Shown one piece after another: positions 11,950 to 24,302 of a stretch of 44,533 bases of DNA. A program made the position numbers and the translations under genes. The stretch is from Chiloscyllium plagiosum (lineage: Eukaryota), in contig NC_057717.1 of assembly GCF_004010195.1 (NCBI RefSeq), positions 106,594,405 to 106,638,937 of the forward strand, read 5' to 3'. The notes under the pieces are model-generated. The model had not been told where the DNA came from, did not search any database, and saw nothing but the letters and a program-made list of their open reading frames with translations. Each line of letters starts with the position of its first letter. The stretch's first letter is position 1.

Positions 11950-12810
11950 TGTTTCTCATTAGCTACTCTTGAGCAACTTCTGTTCACAAATCTTGCCTAT
12001 TGCAATCCTACAATATCAGGAATAACACAAGTTTGGAAGTAGACACCTCTCAAAAAGATCTTTTGCAAGATTAAAAATGTACTGGTTTTGATCGAAACGT
12101 CCTGTTACCTGTCCAAGCCAACTAGCCAATATAGAACATAAAATATTAGCTTTGGAATTTGGTACCACGTGCTTTCACAGCAGTTCAGCAATAAATTCAC
12201 CACTGAAAGGGACCAAAGGCACAAGGAATTATATTTTAAACCCCACGAACAAAAGCACCAATATATTTGCAGTACTTACTTTGTCAAGGCACCCTAGAAA
12301 TGGCTTTGAAGTCAGGCACCAGAATGATTACATCTGATGCACTGAGCAGATTAATCAACTCACAGTAGATCATGATGGCCCTCTTGCTCTGCATATGGAT
12401 GCTTTAGATTTCTGGAACAAATACATTCTTCAGATAGAGCTACCAGACTTTGGTTGGAGTCAGTGTGAACTGTTGCAAATGGAAACTGCCAAAGATGAGC
12501 AACGAGAGAAGTTGCAAAAGAATGTGATCCAAAGGTGGCTTGACAATATCAAGGAAGTTCCTGAGAACACTTGCTCATTTTGGCCATACAGTGATGAACT
12601 TGAAATGTCACGGCAAATCATTTTCAAGTCCAAGCACCAAAAGATCTACAGCAAGATATCATGACCATGTTAGATCAAGGACACATAGGTATTGAACATT
12701 CAATGTGTCAAGCATGTGAATCTGTGTACTGGCCAGGGGTGAGTCAGGATATTCAGCAACTCATGCAGGGATGTGAGGCTTGCAAAGTGTACCAACCCCA
12801 ACAGCAGAGT
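11950..12810 (+). mobile_element. Ty3/Gypsy LTR retrotransposon pol remnant (RNase H end to integrase zinc-binding domain)
   Basis: SDALSRL at ~12333 and QRWLDNIKEVPENTCSFWPYSDEL, followed by GHIGIEHSMCQACESVYWPGVSQDIQQLMQGCEAC (HHCC-type domain). Frameshifted. Confidence 0.85.
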
Positions 12811-13574
12811 GATTGTGACATGCTATGGTCTGATATACTGATGATCAGCCACTATCACACTGTGATACTTACATTAGCTCACATGACATAAGGATGAAAT
12901 GTGGTCATGTATGCTGAAGAACTCAACAAAACTACAGCACTTTGCATTTGCATACATACATTATAATCACTGGCATTTGTGTTTCTATGCTCAAGATAAG
13001 TAATTTGTACATACTGCAGCACACGTCCCTCAGCATGTCATAATGTGAGAGGAAGCTTAGGGAGACAGAGGTTGAGACCTTTATCCCATTAGCTCACATG
13101 CAATGATGTGATGATGATGTCATAAGTATGACCCTTAAAAGTATATCACATATCTGCTGTGAGAGTTAACATAACAGTGATATATTTCCAAGTGTGTGGG
13201 CTGGAGAGGAACTCGCAGGTGCATCTGCTGGTCTTGCCGTTCAATGTGGTAGCAATTGCAGGTTTGGAAAGTGCAAATGAAGGAACCTTGGCAAGTAGCA
13301 GCAGAGTAAGACATTGCAGCCAGTCCCATATCTCCTCAGAAATCACTCTGCACCTGTCAAAACCAGTCAGAGATTGTTTACTCCCTCCTCTTTATGTTAA
13401 TCAATAATCTGTTGGCTAGTTAACATCGGTCTTCCTTTGACGAACAGTGTCCAACTAGTTGTGTCCATAGTGTTCCATGGATTGGCAAGTAAATTGAATT
13501 GTCCTCCAGATCACTCAGCAGTAGCCAATAGTTGTTTCATTTGCTTTCCTTTTCTTTAAAAATCACACAGCTGT

Positions 13575-13965
13575 TCAAGGCTCGAGGGGGGACCTTACAG
13601 AGATTTTTTTTTAAATTATGAGGGGCATGGATATGGTAGACAAGGTCCTTTCCTCAGGGTGAGAAGTCCAAAACTGGAAGGCACAGGTTTAAGGTGAGGA
13701 GAAAGATTTAAAAGGGATCTAAGGGGCAACTGTTTCACACAGAGGGCGGTGCGTGTATGGAATGAGCTGCCAGAGGAAGTGGTGGAGACTGGTACAATTA
13801 CAACATTTAAAAGGCATCTGGATGGGTATATGAATAGGAAGGGTTTAGAGGGATATGGGCCAAATGGTGGCAAATGGGACTAGATTTATTTGGGATATCT
13901 GCTCAGCATGGATGAGTTGGACCAAAGGGTCTGTTTCCGTGCTGTACATCTCTGTGACTCTATGA
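13575..13965 (+). mobile_element. CR1 LINE 3' fragment
   Basis: Closely resembles the reverse complement of 1943-2330 and ends CTCTGTGACTCTATGAC. Confidence 0.9.
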
Positions 13966-14489
13966 CATCTTGTAACCAGGGTAGGCAATTAGTGGAGGGA
14001 TTGAATATTCGAGGTGTCACTCAATCAGTCTGGGAGGCAGGACATGGATATCTCAATGCAGACCTCCCAGCCTCTAACACGTTCCTGTAGTCCCAGTCTT
14101 TATGTGACTGGTCCAGTTAACATCTGGTCAACTGTGACTCCCAGGATAGTAATGGTGAGGGTTTACCACCGATAATGCCATTTAATATCAGTGGGAACTG
14201 GTTAGGTTTGCTTTTCAGGGAGATATTTATTGAGTGAACCTTATTCACTTACCAACTTGCCAGCCCAAATCTGAATGTTGATTCTACATTTGTTGCTAAT
14301 TTTAAATCTGAAATTGACAGACTTTTGGTAACTAACAATATTAACTGATGTGTGACAAAGGTTCAGTCTTACAACATAGATCAGACAGGATCTCTCTGAA
14401 TGGTAAAGTGGCTCACACAGTACAGCTTCCTCCCATTCCTGTCTGTCCAGATGGTCCTCAGATGGTGTCAGAGACAATAAAAAACCGTA

Positions 14490-15540
14490 TATGTTGGACT
14501 CCAAAGTAGACCAGCAGGAGGCTGGGAGAACACAGCAAGCCAGGCAGCATCAGCAGGGGCAGAAGTCAACATTTCAGGGGGAACCCTTCTTCAGGACTGG
14601 GGATGGGCGGAGCTGCAGATAAGGGGAGTGGTGGGTGCAGGGTGGTGAAGTGGGGATAGGTGAAGACAGGTAAAGGGCACAACCTGGTTGGTCAATGGAG
14701 GAATGATCTGAAAATGTGTTGCTGGAAAAGCGCAGCAGGTCAGGCAGCATCCAAGGAACAGGAGAATCGACGTTTCGGGCATAAGCCCTTCTTCAGTCCT
14801 CACTTTCTCCTCAATGGAGGAATGAATCCGGTTGGTGGCAGGGAACAGTGGAAGGAAGGGAGAGGAAGTTGGGGGATAGGGAGGGAGGTTATTTGAAATT
14901 GGACAATTCAATGGTTGAGTCCTCCAAGCTGTAGACTGCCCAGGTAGAAAAGGTGGGAAAGGGGATTAAAATGGGCAGTGACTGGGACGTCAGGTCAGCC
15001 CCTGCAGGCTTATGCAAAACCTGCTGGTACCCCACACCCCCTCACCTCCATCCAGGGCCCCAAACAGTCCTTCCAGGTGAGACCAAGGTTCACCTGCCTC
15101 TCTTCCGACCTTGTTTACTGCATCAGGTGCTCCCGATGTGGTCCTTTTCTGGCATGACCATCCTTGGTCTCCTTCATTACCACAATGATCCAAACCACAA
15201 ATTGGAGGAACAACATCTCCTGGGCATCCTGCAGCCCAGGGGGCTAATCGTTGAGTTCTCCAATTTCAATTAACCACCCTTCCCATCCCCCGACTCTCTG
15301 CCCAGCCCCTTCCCATCCCTTCCACTGCTCCCTGCCACCAACTAGATGCATTCCTCCCTTCGACAAACCAGGTCGTACCCTCTACCTGTCTTCACCTATC
15401 CCCACTTCACCACCCTGCACCCGCCACCCCCGTTATCTGCAGCTCCCCCCACACCCACCCCCAGATCTGAAGAAGGGTTACACTCCATCTCCTGATGCTG
15501 CCTGGCTTGCTGTGTTCTTCCAGCCTCCTGCTTGTCTACC
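14490..15540. mobile_element. Penelope-like element remnant with inverted (head-to-head) ends
   Basis: 14506-14960 is the reverse complement of the 3' part of 15020-15539 (GTAGAC.AGCAGGAGGCTGG ... CCAGCCTCCTGCTTGTCTAC). GIY-YIG C-terminal remnant ILGLLHY..KLEEQHLLGILQPRGL..EF. Confidence 0.85.
14707..14810. mobile_element. 104-bp PLE-derived mini-insertion with 15-bp TSD and intact hammerhead core
   Basis: TSD TCAATGGAGGAATGA at 14692-14706 and 14811-14825. The minus strand at 14769-14796 reads CTGAAGAAGGGCTTATGCCCGAAACGTC. Confidence 0.9.
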
Positions 15541-16199
15541 TCAGCTGTGTTAGGGCAGTACTGGTTGGTGTCTCATCAATTTTCCTGTCTAATACTAAAT
15601 TCCAATTGTTCAATTTGCAACTTTTGAATTATTCCTGATTCCAGCTTTAGTTTTTTTGGAGGGTGCGGAGGCAGTGCTGATCAGGACCTTTTACAAATCT
15701 TTTGAGTGAGATGAGTTGGAGTTAAAATGCCTGGGTTGAAGAGTCTGAGGTGATGAAGAGGTTAAATAATCCTCTTGCACGCAACAATGTGAACTTTAAC
15801 ATCTTCACATAGCTGACAGCAACTTGGAAAACAGAATTGCCAAGATGAAGCAATTATTTATGCGTGGGCGTACAAATTGTTTCAGTTTAAGGCCTCATGA
15901 GATCAGCCCCTTGAGAGGGTGCTCAGATTAAAATAAAGACAGCCATGTTTCTGGCTGCTTGCCAACACATGCCCAGAATCACTTTTATTTTAATTATTTC
16001 CAGTGTTTGTAAGACAAAGAGAGAGAGAGAGATTTGCTGAGATCGATTGAGTGCTTTTGAGGAAGCACTTTGCTTCCTCAGAACACAGATCATCCAGGAT
16101 TTCCTGTCTGGAATCTAATCCAGTGAAGTTGCTGGAAAGTGCACACTTGCAAGTGATTGTTGATATGAGATTGCACTCAGCTGCAGTCATCTGCAACAG

Positions 16200-16257
16200 A
16201 TGAAGAGACAAACTTTGCTATCTAGACCGAAACAAGACGCATGGCTTAATGGGCAAG
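16200..16257 (+). CDS. Candidate first coding exon of an unidentified gene (MKRQTLLSRPKQDAWLNGQ, phase 1)
   Basis: Strong acceptor TTTTATTTTAATTATTTCCAG| at 16003, in-frame upstream TGA at 16161, ATG at 16200, and donor AAG|GTTCTG (weak). Lies in a repeat-poor island. Confidence 0.35.
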
Positions 16258-17784
16258 GTTCTGGATAGTGACCAGAATCTCTAACGTTCAACAACTTAAG
16301 GAAAGCAAAGTATTGATTTTAAGTAAAATAATTCTGAACAGCATGACAGAATTGTTACAGCACAGTTTAATTACCACAGCTTGCAAAGGCAGGAGGTTAA
16401 ATTCAAAACTGAGCTGTAGAAACTAGGGCTCTGCTGTTATTTAGGTGTGGATTTTATAAGGGGAGATGACTAATTCCTTAAATACTGTGCAGGTTTAAGA
16501 ACAGTGTGCTATTTATTTAAAGCAGATATCCTGTCTGTAACTAGATCGGGGCAGAGGGTAAAGTGCTCACCAGTCCTGGCTAGGCAGAGAAGATAAACTT
16601 GATGGACTGGAAGGAAACACTCCTGTTTGCTTAATTCACAAGCAGTGCTGGAAATACACTTACTTTCCTCATAAATCCCTTCAGTTGCTGGGATTCCTGA
16701 GGATTTGGAAATGTGACTTTTTAATGTTAGGTTGAATCTGAGGCACACAGGCCTTCTGGAAGCAACTCAGTTGCCTATTTTCGCCATTTGTGTTATCCAG
16801 CCTTCAGCTGTTGAAACTGGAACCGGGCAAGTTGAAGTCAACGTCAGACCATCAGGACACACTTGAAACAAAAACTGAAATTGCTGGAGAAATTCAGCAG
16901 GTCTGGCAGTACCTGTGGAGAGAAAAACCGAGTTAACGTTTCAGGTTCAGTGATCCCTATTCAGAACTGGATATATTATAATTTCATAATTTCATGTTAT
17001 TCTTTGAGAAGTTACATCATGAAATCTGATGCAGAATATTGATCAACAATTTTCAATACCAGCCATCTGGGCTCAGATCGATTCTGTGTTGTGCACGTTC
17101 TGTCTGTCATGGCTCCATTTGCCTACACAAAGACACCGGAAAATGTGGAACAGGCACTTCTAAGTATTCCTGTTGTAAGGAAGCAGCTTCTGTTTTATTT
17201 TGTTAAATGTAAGTTGTTGTCATGTCCTACTCAAAGATCAGTTCTGTTCCTGGAATTATTTGGCATAAAGTAGTTTGTTTATAACTAATAAGATTGTGCA
17301 TCATCATGTTCAGACATCTGTACTCATAGAGTTGCACTTTCTGTGTATGAGTGAAGAACTGAACACTCTTCCCAACTGACTTCTCATAGAGTCATCCAGC
17401 ATAGAAACAGGCCCCTTGGCCCACCATTTCGATGCCCACCAACAAATACCAAACTGTATGAATCCCATGTGCCTGCACATGATCAGCAACTTACTTTGCC
17501 GTGGCATTTTATAAATTCTTCCAAATGCTTCTTAAATATTGCAAGAGTATCGGCCTCCACCACCCTCTCAGGCAGCACCTTCCATATTTCTACCACCCAC
17601 TGGGGGAAAAATGTTTCTTTAGATTCTCTCTAACTGCTTACTCCTCGCCTTAGACTTATGTCCTCTGGTCTTAGCTATGTCTTCCATGGGAAAAAGATTC
17701 CCATGATTTACCCGATCTATGTCTCTCAATTTTGTATACTGCAGTCAGATCCTCCCTTGGCCTCCTCTGCTCTGAGGAAAACAA

Positions 17785-18084
17785 GAATAAAGTGAGGAAT
17801 GCAGATGCTGGAGAGTCCGAGTCAAAAAGTGTGGCATTCACCAGGATGTTCTATGTTTCCTAGAATAGAAACTCTCAGTTATGAGGAGAGACTGGACAGG
17901 CTGAGTTTGTGTTCCTCAGAGTTGAAAAGTGTGGCACTGGAAAAGCACAGCAGGTCAGGGAGCATCTGAGAAGCAGGAAAGTCGACGTTTTGGGCATGAC
18001 GAAGGGCTTATGCTGAAACGTCGGCTCTCCTGCTCCTCAGATGTTGCCCGACCTGCTGTGCTTTTCCAGTGCCACACTTTTCAA
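17785..18084. mobile_element. Fold-back PLE end insertion inside CR1
   Basis: Near-TSD CTCTGAGGAAAACAA (17770-17784) / CTCTGAGGAACACAA (18085-18099). Inverted PLE termini are centred at ~18003. Confidence 0.85.
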
Positions 18085-19680
18085 CTCTGAGGAACACAAA
18101 CTCAGCCTGTCCAGTCTCTCCTCATAACTGAGAGTTTCTATTCTAGGAAACATAGAACATCCTGGTGAATCTCCCCTGTATCTTCTCCAGTGCAATTGTA
18201 TCCTTCTGAGAGTGTGGCGATCAGAACTGCACATCCGTGGCCTAACCAATGTTTTATGAAGTTGTAACGAGACTTTCTTGTTCTGATATTCTACATCCTG
18301 GCTAATGAAGGCAGACATCCCTATGCCTTCTTCACCATCTTACCTTGCTGGAGTGACACTTTCAGGGATCTATGGACTTGCTCACCAAGATCCCTTTGTT
18401 CCTCAGTACAGTACTCCCTAGGGACCTACGATTCGTTGTGTAAATCCTTCCATTATTAGATCTCCCAAACTGCATTACCTCACACTTATTGAGATTAAAT
18501 TCCATCTGCCATTCCTCTGCCCAATTTACCAGCTGATCAATATTTGACTGTAGCCTGAGACCACCCTCCTCACTGTCAACAACACTAACAGTTTTCGTGT
18601 CATCTGCAAACTTACTAATTATACCTTGTACATTCACATCCAAGTCATTAATGTACATAACAAACAGCATTGCTTCCTGTGGTACACCGCTGGTCACAAG
18701 CTTCCAATCACAAAGACATCTTTCTGCCATCATCCTTTGCCTTCCATTTGCAAGCTAATGTTGGATCCCGTTTGTCAACTTGCCTTCGTGCTCATGGGCT
18801 CTTACGTTTTGGACCAGCCTTCCATGTAGAATCTTGTCAAAGGCCTTACGGACGTCCATGTAAACTAACTCAACTACACTCTCCATATCAATATATTTAA
18901 TCTTTTCAAAAAAAACTCAATTAAATTAGTCAGGATCTCCTTCCAACAAATCCGTGCTGACTATCCCTGATTAATCCCTGCTTTTCCAAGTTAATCCTGT
19001 CCGTCCAATGTTTTTCCAACAATTTCCCTCCCACTACTGTCAGACTATCTGCTCTGTAATTACCTGGCATATCCTTGCTGCCCTTCTTGAACACAATAGT
19101 GATCCTCCAGTCATCTGGCACTTCACCTGTGGCCAGTGGAGTATTAAATATCTCCGGCAGGGCTCCTTTATCTCCAATAGCAGCCTGGAATATATCCTGG
19201 GATTTATGCACTATTGTGCCTACTAAAACATTTGATATCTCCGCCTTATTAATCTTAACATGGTCTAGAACCTCACCATCCCAAATGAAATTTCTAGCTA
19301 CAATATATTTCTCCTCTGTGAATACAGATAAGAACTATTCATTTAAGACCTCACCCATGCCCTCTGGCTCCATACACAGGTTGCCCCTTTGGTCTCTAAT
19401 AGGCTCCACTCTTTCCTGGGTTTTTCTCTTGCTCTTAATATACCTAAAAATGCCTTAGGGTTTTTCATAATCCTCTCTGCCAAAGGTATTTTGTGGGCCC
19501 TTTTAATTTCTTTTTTAAGAACCCCATACACGCTGTATATTCTGAAGGGCCTCCTGTGTTTTTATGCTCTGTACCTGACATATATCTCATTCATTTTCTT
19601 TATCAAACTCTTGTTCGGCTTTGACACCTAGTGTTTGCTGGATAGCTGTCCTTCCCCTTCACTCTTCAAGGAACATGCTG

Positions 19681-20362
19681 GGAGAAAGTGAGGACTGCAG
19701 ATGCTGGAGATCAGAGTCAAAAGGTGTGATGCTGGAAAAATACCGCAGGTCAGGTAGTAAGAGTAGGAGAGTTGATGTTTCGAGCATTAGGAATGTGGGG
19801 GACCCAAGGGGGCTGAGAGATAATGGGAGGGTATGGGGCTGGGGGGAAGCTGGGAGTTTGATAAGTAGGTAAAGGTGGGGGTGAAGGTAATAAGTCACAG
19901 AGGAGGGTGGAGCGGATAGGTGGGAAGGAAGATGGACAGGTGGCATGGTTTAAGAGGATCGTGCCGAGTTGCAAGGTTGGATCTGGGATAAGGTGGGGGG
20001 GTGGGGAGAGGGTAAATGAGGAAACTGGTGAAATCCACATTGATCCCATGTGGTTGGAGGGTCCCAAGACAGACGATGAAGTGTTCTTCCTCCAGATGGC
20101 GGGTGGTTACAATCTGGCAGTGGAGAAGGCCCAGGGCTTTCATGTCCTTGGCGGAGTGGGAGAGGGGAGTTAAAGTGTTTAGCACACGGCGGTGGGATTG
20201 TTTAGTGTGTGTGTCCCATAGATGTTCCCTGAAATGTTCCGCGAGTTGGTGTCCTGTCTCCCCAATGTACAGGATAACACACCAAGAGCAACAGACACAG
20301 CAGATGATGTTTGTGGAGGTACAGGTAAATCTCTGTCGGATGTGGAAGGATCCTTTGGGGCC
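19681..20362 (-). mobile_element. Penelope-like element 3' part (GIY-YIG endonuclease remnant)
   Basis: Minus-strand HSAKDMKALGLLHCQIVTTRHLEEEHFIVCLGTLQPHGINVDF, homologous to 30165-30815. Terminus GGAGAAAGTGAGGACTGCAGATGCTGG. Confidence 0.9.
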
Positions 20363-20658
20363 TGCTGGCCTTGAACTCTTGCTATTCCATTTTTAAGACT
20401 CCTACTTTCTAATTATAGTTCTAATTAAGTTTCTGCTCCCAGTCTGTGTTTGCCTAATCCTGTCTAATGATATTGAAATTGGCCTTCCTTTAATTTAGAT
20501 ACAACTTCTGCACTATCCTTATCTCTTCCCATAAGGACATTGAAACTTACAGAGTTATGGTCACTATCCCCAAAGCGCTCACCCAAGGACACTTCAACTA
20601 CTTGACTGGCTTCTTTCCTTTGCATTAGGTCTAACATTTCCTCATGTTTCTTTTAAAG

Positions 20659-20746
20659 TACTGTATCGGATTTGCTCCTCACCAGATGTAGTTGTTCTGG
20701 ATTCAGAGGATGTGCAGCATGCAGCAGCGAGTGAGCCTCTGCTACT
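20659..20746 (+). CDS. Candidate coding exon (phase 1 to 2; LYRICSSPDVVVLDSEDVQHAAASEPLL)
   Basis: Acceptor TTTCTTTTAAAG| (alternative in-frame acceptor CTCCTCACCAG| at 20685) and donor CT|GTAAGC. Open end to end only in the frame that matches the previous exon. Confidence 0.4.
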
Positions 20747-21807
20747 GTAAGCAAGACCTTACAGAACAGTCTGTGAATTTTACGTTTCCCAAAAGCTCAA
20801 GTCTTCTGTCAGTTCAGAGTGAAGAAAGTACAGGGCCTATTTTGAGTTTTCTCCTGTACATCAATCAGTGATGTCGATCGGAATGAAAGCACAGGCATTT
20901 CACAGCAGCACCAGCAGAATACTGCAGACCTCAGCTCATTCAGCGCCTGTTCATATCTCCTCATGTGCCTACGCACCATTCACTCAGCTGCAATCTGATT
21001 GATGAATCAGTTCCGTCTGCATGACAACACATTCCACTTCACAGAAATCACATTGTCCAAGTTATTCTGCAGAAATAGCAGCAATACAGCTTGAGTGCAA
21101 TACTGCTGGGTTAATGAGAATATCAGAAATAAAAATAAAAACAAAATGGTTTCCAGCTGAGTAATACATCAGGAATCTTCCCTGATATACGAAAGGACAA
21201 CATCCTGACAGTGAATGTAAAATAATCTTGTCATGTGCTTTCAGTGGTGAATGATTATTCTCTCATACACATACAGTTTGCTGGCTGCTGTCTCACCAAT
21301 ATCACAGGCCAGAGGACTATTAGTCAATTCATGTTGCTGCAGGCACTTGACGTTAGCTCAATCCTCAGCCTGTGCAAGCTTTCATTTTGTCACGTATCAT
21401 TCAGTTACTTACTGTTGTGGATCTTCCCTGGCTGTGATGTGCAGTAATGATAGGGCTGCCTTGTGAACAGGCTGAAGATATGTAGACTGCTATTGTAACT
21501 TGATAGAGATTTTACAGTGAAATCCCAGACAACTGATGGCCAATGATAAGATAGAGTCACAATGAAGCAGTATGGAGGTAGTTGATAAGCGATCTCCAGA
21601 TGAGGAATGACCATTAACCACATGGTGCTTTGTGGAATGTGGAAAATGCACAGCTGCTCAGAGTCGACCTCTGTCTACACATCTGCACCTCAGTATCTCC
21701 TGCCTAACCTCTCCCCTTCTTCTCCTGTCCCAGCCAGGGCCGGGGATTGTGCTCTAGGCCATTCTTAATATGTGTGCCTAATGTTACCGCACTCTGCAAA
21801 ATGACAT

Positions 21808-22000
21808 ACTGGATCACAGTATGATCTACTAGATCACCACACTCTACAGAATAACGCAATCGATCACCCCACTCCACAGCATGAGCTACCAGATCAACCA
21901 CATTCTGCATAGTAAGCTACTGGATCACTGCACACTGATGTATAATGTATTGGATCACCACATTATAAAGCATGAGCTACTGGATCACTGCACACTGAGC
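21808..22000. repeat. Degenerate ~30-bp minisatellite (TACTGGATCACCACAC…GCATGAGC)
   Basis: About 7 recurrences of TAC(T/C)(G/A)GATCA. Confidence 0.75.
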
Positions 22001-22309
22001 TGAAACAGTGCTCAGCATCAACATGTGATGTGATGCCCTCCTTCACTAAGTGACAATTGAATTATGTGTGCCATCTCTGAACAGAATCAGCCAGTCAGTA
22101 TAGACTGGGGCTTGAATCCAGGCTGGCTTTGGCCTGCGCACTTCATTACCAATGCATTTAACCACTCAGCCACTGGACATGCCCCTTCAAAATCATTCTC
22201 ACATCTGTCAGTAAAGTGTGGGCAATGAAACCACCCCTTCCCTTTCCATATCTGAGTTAGAATTCATACACACAAAATCCCATGTCAATTCAATATTGAA
22301 TGAAGTGCG

Positions 22310-24210
22310 AAGGAGCAGCATCAGGCGCGGAAATGAGCTGTCAACCTGATGCAGCTACACTCAGGACTACTTGCGTACCAAACAGCATAAGCAGCAAATG
22401 TTAGACATAGCTACGCAATCCCACAACCAACAGATCAGATCTAAGCTTTGCAGACCTGTCATATCCAGTTATGAATAGTGGTGAACAATCAAACTCATTG
22501 GAGAAGAAGTTTCCACCAATATCCCTTTCCTCAACGATGGAACAGCCCAGCACATCAGTGCAAAAGATAAGGCTGAAGCATCAACAACAATCTTGAGCCA
22601 GAAGTGCTGAGTCCATCTTGGCCTCCTCTAGAAGTCCAGAGCGTCACACATGCCAATCTTCAGCCAATTTGTTTCAGTCCATATGATATTAAAAAACAGT
22701 TGATGACACAAGATACTGCAAAGGCTATGGGCCCTGACAACATTCCAGCAATAGTGCTGAAGAAATGTGCTCCACAACTTCCCCGTCCCTAGCCAAGCTG
22801 TTCCAGTACAGTGACAACACTGGCATCTACCTGACAATGTGGAAAACTGCCCAGATGTGTATCCAAAATCATGACAATACTACCCATCAGTCTACTCTCG
22901 ACCACTGTAACCCGATGTTGTGTGATTTCTAAATCAGTAAAGTGATGGAGGATGTCACCAACAGTACTATCAAGCAGCAACTGCTCAGTAATAACCTGCT
23001 CAGTGATGCCCAGTTCAGGTTCCACCAGGGCCATTCAGCTCCTGACCTCATTACATCCTTAGTTCAAACATGGACAAAAAAGCAAATTCTTGAGGCAAAG
23101 TAAGAGTGACTACCTTTGACATCAAAGCAGCATTTGACAAAGTACTGCATCCGAGAGATCCTGCAAAAGTGGAGTCAATAGGAACCAGGGGGAAAGACTC
23201 TCCATTGGTTAGAGTCATACTCAGCACAAGGGAAAATGGTTGTGCTTGTTAGAGGTCAGTCACCTCCGCTCCAGGACATCTCTGGTGAGTTTCCTTGGCC
23301 CAACCATCTTCAGCTGCTTCGTTAATTACCTTCCCTCCATCATAAGGTCAGAAGTGGGGATGTTCACTGATGACTGTACAATGTTCAGAGCCAATCACAA
23401 CTCCTCAGATACTGAAGTAGTCCACACCAGAATGCTACAAGACTTACAATACTCAGTTTTGGCTGATAAGGGGCAAGTAAGACTCAGCCACTCAAATGCC
23501 AGGCAATGACCATCTCCAACAAGAGACAATCCAACCATCTACCCTTGACATTCAATGACATTACCATCTCTGAATTTCCCCACTATTAATGTACTGGGAT
23601 TACCATTGACCAGAACCTGAACTGGAGCAGTTATAAAAGTACTATGACTACATGATCAAGTCAGAGACTAGGAATTCTGTGACAAATAACTCACCTTTTG
23701 TCTCCTCAAAGCCTGTCCACCATCTACAAGTCAGGAGTACAATGCAGTACTTTCCATTTGCATGGATGCAGTTCCAGGAGCACTCAAGAAGCTCAACACA
23801 AGAAGTTCTGGAAAAGCAGCCCCCCCCCTCCCCCCTTAACTGGCAGTGCATTGGCCACTTTCAACACTCACAGCATCCATTAGTGACACACAGCGACCAC
23901 AGGGTCTCCCAACTACAAAATGCACTACGGCAACTCAATGAAACTCCTTACACAGCATGTTCCAAATGTACAAATTCTACCACCTCAAAGGAGAACAGCA
24001 GCAGATGCATGGGAACACTATCACTTGTAAGTTTCCCTCCAAGTCACACACCATCCTGACTTAGAACTAAATTGCCATTCCTACCTGGACCTCGCTGCCT
24101 GACAGTACTGTGGGTTTACCTACCCCATCTTGGATTGCGGCAATTAGGAATGCCCAATGAATGTTGGCCCAGCTTGTGATGCTCAAATCCCATGAGATCA
24201 TTTTAAGAAA
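22310..24210 (+). mobile_element. CR1-group LINE (second family), degenerate RT and 3' end
   Basis: KAMGPDNIPAIVLKKCAP, QQLLSNNLLSDAQFRFHQGHSAPDLI, TFDIKAAFDKV, LGPTIFSCFVNYLP..MFTDDC. Other fragments at ~14035-14290(-), 29355-29885(+), 39684-39900(-) and 40763-40860(+). Confidence 0.9.
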
Positions 24211-24263
24211 ATGCTTGTGGATTTTTTGTGACTGATTTTATCACCCATACCAATGTTTTCCAG

Positions 24264-24302
24264 TGGAGTGGTTGACTTTGGAAGTTTCAGCTTCCTCGAT
24301 CA
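24264..24302 (+). CDS. Candidate 39-nt coding exon (phase 2 to 2; GVVDFGSFSFLD)
   Basis: Acceptor ATGTTTTCCAG|, donor CA|GTAAGA. Frame-compatible with its neighbours. Confidence 0.4.

Larger units (their letters stand above)
17384..20640 (-). mobile_element. CR1 LINE (degenerate ORF2) interrupted by two PLE insertions
   Basis: Minus-strand pieces VTSGVPQ..FVMYINDLD..ISKFADDTK, PDDWR..VFKKGSKDMPGNYR, LKKEIKRA..KNPKAF. Tail GATGACTCTATGA at 17384. Confidence 0.92.
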
